Shown piece after piece: positions 55,989-64,000 of a stretch of DNA of 64,000 bases. Position numbers and translations under genes: made by a program. Every line of letters starts with the position of its first letter. The first letter of the stretch is position 1. The notes beneath the pieces were generated by a model. That model did not search any database. It was not told the DNA's origin and saw only the letters and a list, made by a program, of their open reading frames with translations. This DNA is from an uncultured Gemmatimonadaceae bacterium (GTDB taxonomy: Bacteria; Gemmatimonadota; Gemmatimonadetes; Gemmatimonadales; Gemmatimonadaceae). The stretch lies in assembly GCA_963790305.1 (NCBI GenBank), contig CAWBOC010000006.1:64001-128000 (forward strand), read 5' to 3'.

Positions 55989-56108
55989 GAACGACAAAGA
56001 CGTCAGATGTCAGAATGCAGATTTCAGGAACGGCACACGCCCGCCGCGCCACGGGGGGTCATCCGAGCGCTGAATTCTGCACTCTGATATCTGACGTCTT
56101 TGCCGTTC
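55989..56108. repeat. Heptamer inverted-repeat element, 39-bp arms around a 42-nt spacer
   Basis: GAACGACAAAGACGTCAGATGTCAGAATGCAGATTTCAG / CTGAATTCTGCACTCTGATATCTGACGTCTTTGCCGTTC, 4 mismatches. Confidence 0.93.
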
Positions 56109-56145
56109 TCCAACTAGTTTACCCGCGCCCGTAACCCGCCCGAGG

Positions 56146-57833
56146 ATGCTCGTGCCCAACGTTCCCACCGACATCGAGATCGCACAGCGCGCGAAACCGC
56201 GCCCGATCGTTGATATCGCCGCGGACATCGGTCTGTCCCCCGATGACCTCGATCTGTACGGGAAGTACAAGGCAAAGGTCCCCCTCGAGATTTCCTCGCG
56301 ACCACCGCGCGGGCGGCTCGTGCTCGTCACCGGGATCAATCCAACCGCCGCGGGAGAAGGGAAGAGCACCGTCACGGTCGGCGTCACGCAGGCGTTCCGG
56401 CGTCTCGGAGTCAACGCCGTGATGTGCATGCGGGAGCCAAGCCTCGGTCCCGTCTTCGGCGTGAAGGGCGGTGCGGCAGGCGGGGGGTACGCGCAGGTCA
56501 TTCCGATGGAGGACATCAACCTCCACTTCACCGGAGACTTTCACGCGATCTCGAGCGCGCACGCTCTGCTGTCGGCGATGATCGACAATCATCTCCACCA
56601 CGGCAACTGCGCTCGGGCTCGATCCGCGCCGCATCACGCTGGCCGCGGACTATCGACATGAACGATCGCGCGCTCCGGGATTGCGTCATCGGATTGGGCG
56701 GCGTCGCCAACGGCATCGCGCGCGAAGAGCGGTGGGTCATCATTCCCGCCAGCGAGGTAATGGCCATCGTCGCGCTTGCGACGAGCCGGCAGGATCTCGA
56801 GGAGCGCCTGGGGAGGATCATCGTCGGCGCGACCGCGGGCGCCAAGCGAACACCGGTGCGCGCGCGCGACTTGAAGGCCGCTGGCGCAATGACGCTCCTC
56901 CTCAAGGATGCGATCAGACCCAATCTCGTGCAGACGCTCGAGGGCGGGCCCGCTTTCGTTCATGCGGGCCCGTTCGGCAACATCGCCCATGGTTGCAACA
57001 GCATCCTCGCCACGAAAGCGGCGCTCGCGCTCGCCGACATCGTCGTCACCGAGGCGGGCTTCGGCTCCGATCTTGGGGCGGAGAAGTTCCTCGACATCAA
57101 GTGCCGCTTCGGCGGCCTTACGCCCGAAGCGGCGGTGCTCGTGGCTACGGTGCGCGCGCTCAAGCTCAATGGCGGCGCCGACAAGAAGCAGCTCGGCACC
57201 GAAGACCTTGCCGCCCTCGAGCGCGGCCTCCCGAATCTCGACAAGCACATCGAGAACGTGCGACAGTTCGGCCTCCCCGTCGTCGTCGCGCTCAACCGGT
57301 TCGTGACCGACAGCGAGCGCGAGCTCACGATGGTAGCCGACCGCGCACGCGCGGCGGGCGCGCGAATCGCACTCACCGAAGTCTGGGAAAAGGGAGGGGC
57401 CGGGGGCGAGGCGCTCGCGCGTGAGGTCCAGGCAATACTCGGCGAGCGGGAAGGCGGCGCTACGCGCCGCTTGTACGACGCGTCGCGGCCGATCAAGGAG
57501 AAGATCGAGACCATCGTCCGCAAGGTGTACGGCGGTGACGGTGCGGACTACGCCCCCAAGGCCGATCGCGCCATCGAGTATCTTGAATCGATCGGACTCG
57601 GCGGCACTCCGGTCTGCATGGCGAAGACGCAGTATTCACTCACCGACGATGCAACGAAGCTCGGCCGGCCCACCGGGTTCCGGGTGACGATCAACGATGT
57701 GTATCCTTCGGCGGGTGCGGGCTTCGTGGTCGCGCAGGCGGGGGATATCATGACCATGCCGGGGCTTCCCAAGGAGCCGGCGGCGGAGCGTATGGCCATT
57801 CAAGCCGATGGCCAGATCGTCGGACTCTTTTAA
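56146..57833 (+). CDS. fhs: Formate--tetrahydrofolate ligase (two apparent +1 insertions near 56608 and 56639)
   Basis: [49 protein letters not shown] split over frames. Confidence 0.93.
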
Positions 57834-57842
57834 GGAGGAGCC

Positions 57843-58231
57843 GTGAGCGTTAGGCGGGTCACGACGGCGAACGCGCCGCAGGCGATCGGTCCCTACTCGC
57901 AGGGCGTCATCGCGAACGGGCTGCTCTTCACCGCGGGTCAGATCGCGATCGACCCGCAGACCGGTCGCCTCGTGGAAGGGGGCTTCGCCGAGCAGACGGA
58001 GCGCGTCCTCAGCGAACCTGAGCGCCGTCCTCGAAGCCGCCGGCGCCAGCTGGGCGGACGTGGTGAAGACCACCGTGTACCTGCACGACATGGCCGACTT
58101 CCCGACGTTCAACGACATGTATGCCCGGCACATCGGCGACGCCCGCCCCGCGCGCTCGACTGTGCAGGCCGCCGGCCTGCCACGCGGCGCCCTCGTCGAA
58201 ATAGATGCTGTCGTTAGGGTCGCATCCTTGA
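57843..58231 (+). CDS. ridA: RidA/YjgF family deaminase (apparent insertions near 58011 and 58228)
   Basis: APQAIGPYSQG, AGQI, then VVKTTVYL, PARSTV, LPRGALVEID in the next frame; end inferred. Confidence 0.85.
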
Positions 58232-58261
58232 TCGCCTACCACCTCGAGCGCCTCGACTACC

Positions 58262-59304
58262 ATGCCCCCCAACAACACACGCGACCAGCTCTTCCGGCTC
58301 ACCGCCTTCGCCCGCTGCGCGGGTTGAGCCGCCAAGATGGGTCCGGGCGACCTTGCGCGTGCCCTGGCCCCGCTTCCGCATCGCGATGATCCGCGCTGCT
58401 CGTCGGGCGTGAGACGTTCGATGATGCGGGAGTCTTTCTCGTGTCCGACGATCTCGCGCTGGTCCAGACGGTGGATTTCTTTGCGCCGATCGTCGACGAC
58501 CCCTACACCTTCGGCCGCATCGCCGCCGCGAACGCGCTGTCGGACGTGTATGCCATGGGGGGCGAGCCGCTCACCGCGCTCAACATCGTCGGCTTTCCCG
58601 CCAGCGCCGCTCCACTCGAGGTGCTCACTGAGATTCTGCGCGGCGGCCAGGACGCGGTGCACGAGGCGGGCGCGCTCATCGTCGGCGGGCATAGCATCAT
58701 CGATGAGGAGATCAAGTACGGCCTCGCCGTCACCGGACGCGCCGATCCACGCCGCCTCCTCACGAACGCCGCCGCGAAGGCGGGTGATCGACTCGTTCTC
58801 ACCAAGCCGCTCGGCACCGGGCTGCTCTCGACGGCCGCCAAGTCGCGAGCGGTCCCGGAAGACATGTACCGCGAAATGATCGCTTCGATGTCCGCGCTGA
58901 ACCGCGATGCGAGTCGCGCCGCCCTCGCGCTGGGTGCGACGTGCGCGACCGACATCACCGGCTTTGGGCTGCTCGGACACGCATCGCACATTGCGCGGGC
59001 GAGCGACGTCTCGCTCGAGATTCGGGCGCGGGACGTCCCCGCGCTGCGCGGCGCACGCGAGGCGTGGCGCGATGGTGCTCGGACGGGCGGCGCCGAGCGC
59101 AACGTCCGCTATCTCGAGTCGCTCGTGCGATGGGGCACCGTGAGTGCCGAGGATCGCGCGCTGCTCACCGACCCGCAAACATCGGGCGGGCTCCTCATCG
59201 CGCTGCCAGCCGCCGCGGCGCGCGATTACATTGCGCGGGTGGCCGGCGCCGTGGAGATCGGCGCCGTCATCACACGCGGGACGCACGCGATCGTTCTCGC
59301 GTAA
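58262..59304 (+). CDS. selD: Selenophosphate synthetase, selenocysteine-containing (UGA 58325-58327; apparent 1-bp deletion near 58396)
   Basis: MPPNNTRDQLFRLTAFARCAG-U-AAKMGP; DDAGV, QTVDFF, NALSDVYAMGG, TDITGFGLLGH, DPQTSGGLL. Confidence 0.93.
58333..58355 (+). promoter_or_regulatory. Candidate bacterial SECIS element of selD
   Basis: GGTC-CGGGC-GACC hairpin starting about 13 nt after the UGA, G-containing apical loop. Confidence 0.65.
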
Positions 59305-59308
59305 GCGT

Positions 59309-59405
59309 GGGGGCGGATGGGGCCTGGTGGCTTCCCTGGTCTTCAAAACCAGTGTGACCTGACCACGTCGGGTTGGGTGGGTTCGATTCCCGCACGCTCC
59401 CGCCA
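59309..59405 (+). tRNA. selC: tRNA-Sec (anticodon UCA)
   Basis: CTGGT-CT-TCA-AA-ACCAG anticodon arm, long variable arm, GTGGG-TTCGATT-CCCGC T arm, G discriminator plus CCA; 4 nt after the selD stop. Confidence 0.95.
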
Positions 59406-59431
59406 CGCGATCCTCGAACCGTCTCTCTGAC

Positions 59432-60011
59432 ATGCGAACTCTCGCGCTGCCCGCGCTCGGCGTCCTTCTCGCGGTGTCGGCGGTCGGCGCTCAGGTCCCG
59501 GCCGATACCGTGCGTGCGGACAGTGCGCGAGCCGACAGCGCTCGCGCCGCGGTTGTCGTCCGCGCCGGTCGCCGTCAGCCGCGACACGGTGAGCGGTCCG
59601 CCGATCTCCCCGCGGAGTGCCTTCCTGAGATCGCTGATCGTCCCTGGCTTGGGACAGGCGGCGCTCGACCGCGGAACGGCGGGCGGCATCTTCGTTTCGC
59701 TCGAGGCCCTTTCGCTCCTCATGACGATCAAATCGAAGCGGGATCTGCGTGTCGCTCGTCGCCTCGAGGCAGACAGCGTGTTCTCTGGCTTCGGACCTCA
59801 GGGCGACACCGTGTTTGTCGCGAGTCCAGTCGCCGGTCGCGTGCGAGCGCGCAAGCAGCATGTCGAGGATTGGGTGGCCTTGTTGATTTTCAATCACCTG
59901 TTCGCGGCGGCCGACGCGTTCGTTGCCGCGCAACTGTGGGACGTTCCTGCGCGCGTCTCCGTGACGCGTGACGGCGACAACACTCGGCTCACAGCGACCG
60001 TTCAATGGTGA
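59432..60011 (+). CDS. Hypothetical exported/membrane protein, DUF5683-like (apparent +1 insertion near 59551)
   Basis: Signal peptide in ORF 59432; SPRSAFLRSLIVPGLGQ and ADAFVAAQL in the adjacent frame. Confidence 0.65.
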
Positions 60012-60824
60012 TGGCGACCGGGAATGCGAGCGCGCCGGTCGGCGTCTTCGACTCGGGCATTGGCGGGCTCACCGTCGTGCGCGAGCTCATGCGACAGCTG
60101 CCTGACGAGCGCATCATCTACTTTGGCGACACGGCTCGCGTCCCGTACGGTCCCAAGAGCCCGGATACCGTCCGACGCTACGCCCGCGAGATCGCGACCT
60201 GGCTTCAGCACCAGGGTGTGAAGACGATCGTCGTCGCGTGCAATACGGCGACGGCGCATGCGCTGGAAACGCTGACGCAGGAGTTCGACTTTCCGATCAT
60301 CGGCGTCGTCGAGCCCGGCGCGCGCGCCGCGGTGCGCGCATCCCACGGCGGCGCGATCGGGGTCATTGGCACGGCGGGGACGATCGGGTCAGGCGCGTAC
60401 GAGCGCGCGATCCGCACGCTTGCACCACAGGCTCGAATCGCGGCACGCGCATGCCCGTTGTTCGTACCGCTCGTGGAGGAGGGATGGCTCGACCGCGATG
60501 CCACCCGGCTCATCGCCGACGAGTATCTGGTCCCGCTCCGCAGACGAGCAGGTGGACACCCTGGTCCTCGGCTGCACACACTACCCGCTGCTCAAGCCGT
60601 TGATCGCCGAGGTGATGGGCCGCGAGGTCGAGCTCATCGACAGCGCCCATGAGACGGCCGCGGAAACCGCGCGCGTTCTCGACCAACGCGGACTTCGTGC
60701 GGAGGGCCGCCTAACGTGCCAGCACCGCTTCGTTGCCTCCGACGCGGCGGAGCAATTCCTACGGATGGGCCAGCGCTTTCTCGGGACGGCGATCGATCGC
60801 GTCGAGACGGTGACCCTCGGCTGA
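60005..60824 (+). CDS. murI: Glutamate racemase (apparent +1 insertion near 60538)
   Basis: FDSGIGGLTV, PYGPKS, VACNTAT; LGCTHYP in the next frame. Confidence 0.93.
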
Positions 60825-61544
60825 GTCCTCCCACGAGCGCAGCTCCACGCGCTCCGGCGTCACCACCAGATACGTCGGCGCATCGAGCCACGAGCCCGCG
60901 TTCGCGTACACGCTTCCGTTCGACAGGCGCTCCAGCGCCGGCACATGCGAATGTCCAAAGACGAGAAGGTCGAGGTCGGGCCGGGCCTCGAGAGTCGCCC
61001 GAGCGACCGAGCGCAATCCCGCCCCGGCATCGCGCGCCCGATAGGTACGACTGGCCGTCGACGAGCCCCGCGCCAGGCGCGTCCCCCAATCAGGATGCAG
61101 CCACCGGAACGCCCGCATCGACAGCGGATGACGCAAGACGCGGCGCAAGGCGCGGTACTTTCGATCCTCTCGCGCGCGGAGCCCATCACCATGATCGATG
61201 CGTGTGCGCCATCCGGCTGCCGACCCTTCCCAGGCGCCGAGCTGGTATCGAACGCCGACGTCGCGGGAGAGAAACTCGCCGCCCCAGCAGTCATGATTGC
61301 CCGCGACCATGAGGACGTCGACACCGGCGTCTCGCAGATCGGCGAGGGCAGCCAACGTTCGGAAGTGGTCGCGCGGAATTACCGTTCGCCACTCGAACCA
61401 GAAATCGAACAGGTCGCCATTGATGACCAGCGTCCTGGCCTGCGCCGGGACGTGGCGCAGGAAGGAGACGAGTCGACGCTCGAGGTCGAGCGGTCCGACA
61501 CCGAGATGCGTGTCCCCAATGATGTAGCACGGCGAGGCGAGCAC
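60759..61544 (-). CDS. UDP-2,3-diacylglucosamine hydrolase-like metallophosphoesterase
   Basis: GDTHLG, GDLFDFW, GNHD, HGD, FGHSH, NAGSW. Confidence 0.85.
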   Translation of the reverse strand: MLASPCYIIGDTHLGVGPLDLERRLVSFLRHVPAQARTLVINGDLFDFWFEWRTVIPRDHFRTLAALADLRDAGVDVLMVAGNHDCWGGEFLSRDVGVRYQLGAWEGSAAGWRTRIDHGDGLRAREDRKYRALRRVLRHPLSMRAFRWLHPDWGTRLARGSSTASRTYRARDAGAGLRSVARATLEARPDLDLLVFGHSHVPALERLSNGSVYANAGSWLDAPTYLVVTPERVELRSWEDSAEGHRLDAIDRRPEKALAHP

Positions 61545-61550
61545 GCGGTC

Positions 61551-61579
61551 ATTCTATCGACCATTCACTCGCTTTACAA
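61551..61579 (-). promoter_or_regulatory. Promoter for a probably leaderless lpxH-like transcript
   Basis: TTGTAA-17 nt-TAGAAT ending 6 nt before the GTG start. Confidence 0.65.
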
Positions 61580-61628
61580 ACCAATTCGCACGACGAATTT
61601 CCGCCGCCGTGGCTCGCGAATCCTGGTG

Positions 61629-61808
61629 CACCGCCTCGGGAGTGCCACCATCGCGTGGCGGGAGACCGCCAGGGCGAACGAGCACGAGCGGCGTCTGTGG
61701 CCCCGGGAAGGGGAGCCTCCCCCTCCACGGAGAGAGCCCGTGCCCCTACCTTAGAGTAGCTCGTCTCCCAGGGCCGTGCCCTGGTTTCCTGTCACTCCGT
61801 GGTGGTGG
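61629..61808 (+). ncRNA. Candidate structured RNA / leader upstream of deoC
   Basis: Nested complementary segments found by eye (see findings); no family recognised; strand not established. Confidence 0.3.
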
Positions 61809-61810
61809 TC

Positions 61811-62864
61811 ATGTCCGCTAAGCGGTTCATCGAGCCAGTCGCGCCGTCGGCGTCCGCCGCGCCTGCCACATCCGAGGCCGGGCCGCGCCTCCACCGGGCC
61901 GAGCCTTCGGACCACCCTGCGCGCAACCCTGGCGTACCACTCGATCTGGACATCGTGCGCGCCATCCGCGTGAACCGGAGTGCCGTCGAGCGACGGGCCG
62001 CCACGATTCCGACACGGCGCACGGTGAAGAAGCAGTGGCAGGCGGCGTGGCTGCTGCGCGGCGATCACCCTCATGGATCTGACCACGCTCTCGGGCGACG
62101 ATACGCCGGGCACGGTGCGGCGCCTGTGCGCGAAAGCGCGGCGCCCGCTGCGCGACGACCTGGCGAGAGCGTTAGGCGTCGACGAGCTCGGCATCACGGT
62201 CGCCGCGGTCTGCGTGTACCACGCGATGGTTCCGACGGCCGTCGAGGCGCTCGCCGGCACCAATGTTCCGGTGGCCGCTGTGTCCACGGGTTTCCCCGCC
62301 GGCCTCAGCCCACTCGAGGAGCGAATCGCCGAGATCCGCGCTTCCGTGGCCGCGGGAGCGCGCGAAATCGACGTCGTCATCACCCGCGCCCACGTGCTCA
62401 CCGGGAACTACACGGCGCTCTACGACGAAGTGCACCAGTTCCGCGAGGCGTGCGGCGACGCCCACATGAAGGCGATCCTCGCGACCGGGGAGCTCGGCAC
62501 GTTAGGCAACGTGGCACGCGCCAGCATGGTGGCGATGCAGGCCGGCGCCGACTTCATCAAGACATCGACGGGGAAGGAGGGAGTGAACGCGACGCTGCCC
62601 TTCGCCCTCGTCATGTGCCGAATGATCCGCGAATACCACGAGCGCACCGGCTACGCCGTCGGCTTCAAGCCCGCCGGCGGTATCCGGTCGGCGAAGACGG
62701 CGCTCGAGTACCTGTACCTGATGAAGGACGAGCTCGGGGACCGGTGGCTGCGTGCCGACCTGTTCCGCTTCGGCGCCAGCACGCTGCTCACCGACATCGA
62801 GCGGCAGCTCGAGCACTTCGTCACGGGACGCTACGCGGCGGCGTACCGCATGCCGATGCCCTAG
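61811..62864 (+). CDS. deoC: Deoxyribose-phosphate aldolase (apparent +1 insertion near 62060)
   Basis: TRRTVKKQWQAAWLLR in the first frame; MDLTTLSGDD, GFPAG, DFIKTSTGK, GFKPAGG, RFGAS. Confidence 0.93.
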
Positions 62865-62872
62865 AGGATGAG

Positions 62873-64000
62873 ATGACTACCGTCCAGGAGATCTTCGAGA
62901 CCATGGAGTACGGCCCCGCGCCGGAGTCGGATGCGGAAGCCCGACAGTGGCTCGCGTCGCACGCGGGGCTGTTCGGGCATTTCATCGACGGAGCGTGGAC
63001 GACCCCGGGAAAAGCCTTCGAGGTCATCGATCCGTCGACCGCGGCCGTGCTTGCGCGCGTGTCGCAGGGAACGCAGGGCGACGTGGACGCCGCCGTCGCG
63101 GCCGCGCGGCGGGCTTTCCCCGCGTGGATGGGCCTCTCGGGGCACGCGCGCGCACGACACCTGTACGCGCTCGCGCGCGAGGTCCAAAAGCACTCCCGAC
63201 TTCTTGCCGTCGTCGAGAGCATGGACAACGGCAAGTCGATTCGCGAGACGCGCGACCTCGACATCCCGCTCGTCGCCCGGCATTTCTACCACCACGCGGG
63301 ATGGGCGCAGCTATTCGAAAGCGAGTTCGCCGGATACACGTCCGTCGGCGTCATCGGTCAGATCATTCCGTGGAACTTCCCGCTGCTCATGCTGGCGTGG
63401 AAGGTCGCGCCAGCGCTCGCGGCGGGAAACACGGTCGTGCTCAAGCCGGCGGAATTCACGCCGCTCACCGCGCTGCTCTTTGCCGAGATCGCGGCCGGGG
63501 CGGGTCTTCCCGCCGGGGTGCTCAACATCGTGACCGGCGACGGCGAGACGGGAAAGTACATCGTCGAGCACGCCAACGTCGACAAGATCGCGTTCACGGG
63601 CTCGACGGAAGTCGGACGCATCATCCGCCGCGCCACGGCGGGGAGCGGCAAGAAGCTCTCGCTCGAGCTCGGCGGGAAGAGTCCCTTCATCGTCTACGAC
63701 GATGCCGACCTCGATAGCGTCGTCGAGGGGGTAGTGGACGCGATCTGGTTCAACCAGGGGCAGGTGTGCTGTGCTGGCTCCCGCCTCCTCGTGCAGGAAG
63801 GCATCGCCGATCGTCTCGTCGCGAAGCTGCGCGCGCGCATGGAGAAGCTGCGCATAGGCCGGCCGCTCGACAAAGCGATCGACATGGGCGCGATCGTCGC
63901 GCCGGTGCAGCTCGAGCGCATTCGCGGGCTCGTGCAGCGTGGCGTAGATGAGGGAGCGACGATGTGGCAGCCGTCGTGGGCCTGTCCGACGGACGGCTAC
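62873..64000 (+). CDS. Aldehyde dehydrogenase (runs off the window end)
   Basis: MEYGPAPES, IIPWNFPL, KPAE, FTGSTEVG, LELGGKSP, NQGQVCCAGSR read from ATG 62873. Confidence 0.93.
   Translation, partial: MTTVQEIFETMEYGPAPESDAEARQWLASHAGLFGHFIDGAWTTPGKAFEVIDPSTAAVLARVSQGTQGDVDAAVAAARRAFPAWMGLSGHARARHLYALAREVQKHSRLLAVVESMDNGKSIRETRDLDIPLVARHFYHHAGWAQLFESEFAGYTSVGVIGQIIPWNFPLLMLAWKVAPALAAGNTVVLKPAEFTPLTALLFAEIAAGAGLPAGVLNIVTGDGETGKYIVEHANVDKIAFTGSTEVGRIIRRATAGSGKKLSLELGGKSPFIVYDDADLDSVVEGVVDAIWFNQGQVCCAGSRLLVQEGIADRLVAKLRARMEKLRIGRPLDKAIDMGAIVAPVQLERIRGLVQRGVDEGATMWQPSWACPTDGY

Noticed and set aside
58232..58389. C-terminal extension of RidA overlapping selD
   Set aside because: Removing one T at TCCTTGA gives a stop at normal RidA length; the extension is the off-frame reading of selD
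59405..60011. Integrative element at the tRNA-Sec 3' end
   Set aside because: No integrase, no duplicated tRNA end noticed and no compositional shift

Overview
GC-rich bacterial core-chromosome segment. Gene content and order suggest Gemmatimonadota (inference, not a database result). It is densely coding: OmpA/DUF4398 lipoproteins, pyrR-pyrB-pyrC, rpsT, scpA-scpB-rluB, a MoxR-DUF58-Bat cluster, mutL-miaA-bshA-ubiA-like-uppP-birA-coaX, CIRCE-controlled groES-groEL, a roadblock/receiver/sugar-nucleotidyltransferase operon, serS-HK-pcrA-gatCAB, murA-pgeF, rimP-nusA-L7Ae-infB-rbfA-truB-ribF, secD-secF-tatD, fhs-ridA-selD-tRNA(Sec), murI, lpxH-like, deoC and a truncated aldehyde dehydrogenase. 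I saw no transposase, integrase, prophage, CRISPR or rRNA. Notable signals: (1) six intergenic elements built from 7- or 9-nt tandem repeats arranged as inverted arms, located at or just after stop codons and partly sharing a GAACGGCAA/TTGCCGTTC motif; (2) a selenoprotein SelD (in-frame UGA in CAG-U-AAK plus a SECIS-like hairpin) directly followed by tRNA-Sec, both missed by the ORF track; (3) a candidate structured RNA leader upstream of deoC; (4) variant catalytic motifs in MurA and MutL. About 13 single-base indels break conserved genes and are most likely sequencing or assembly errors.
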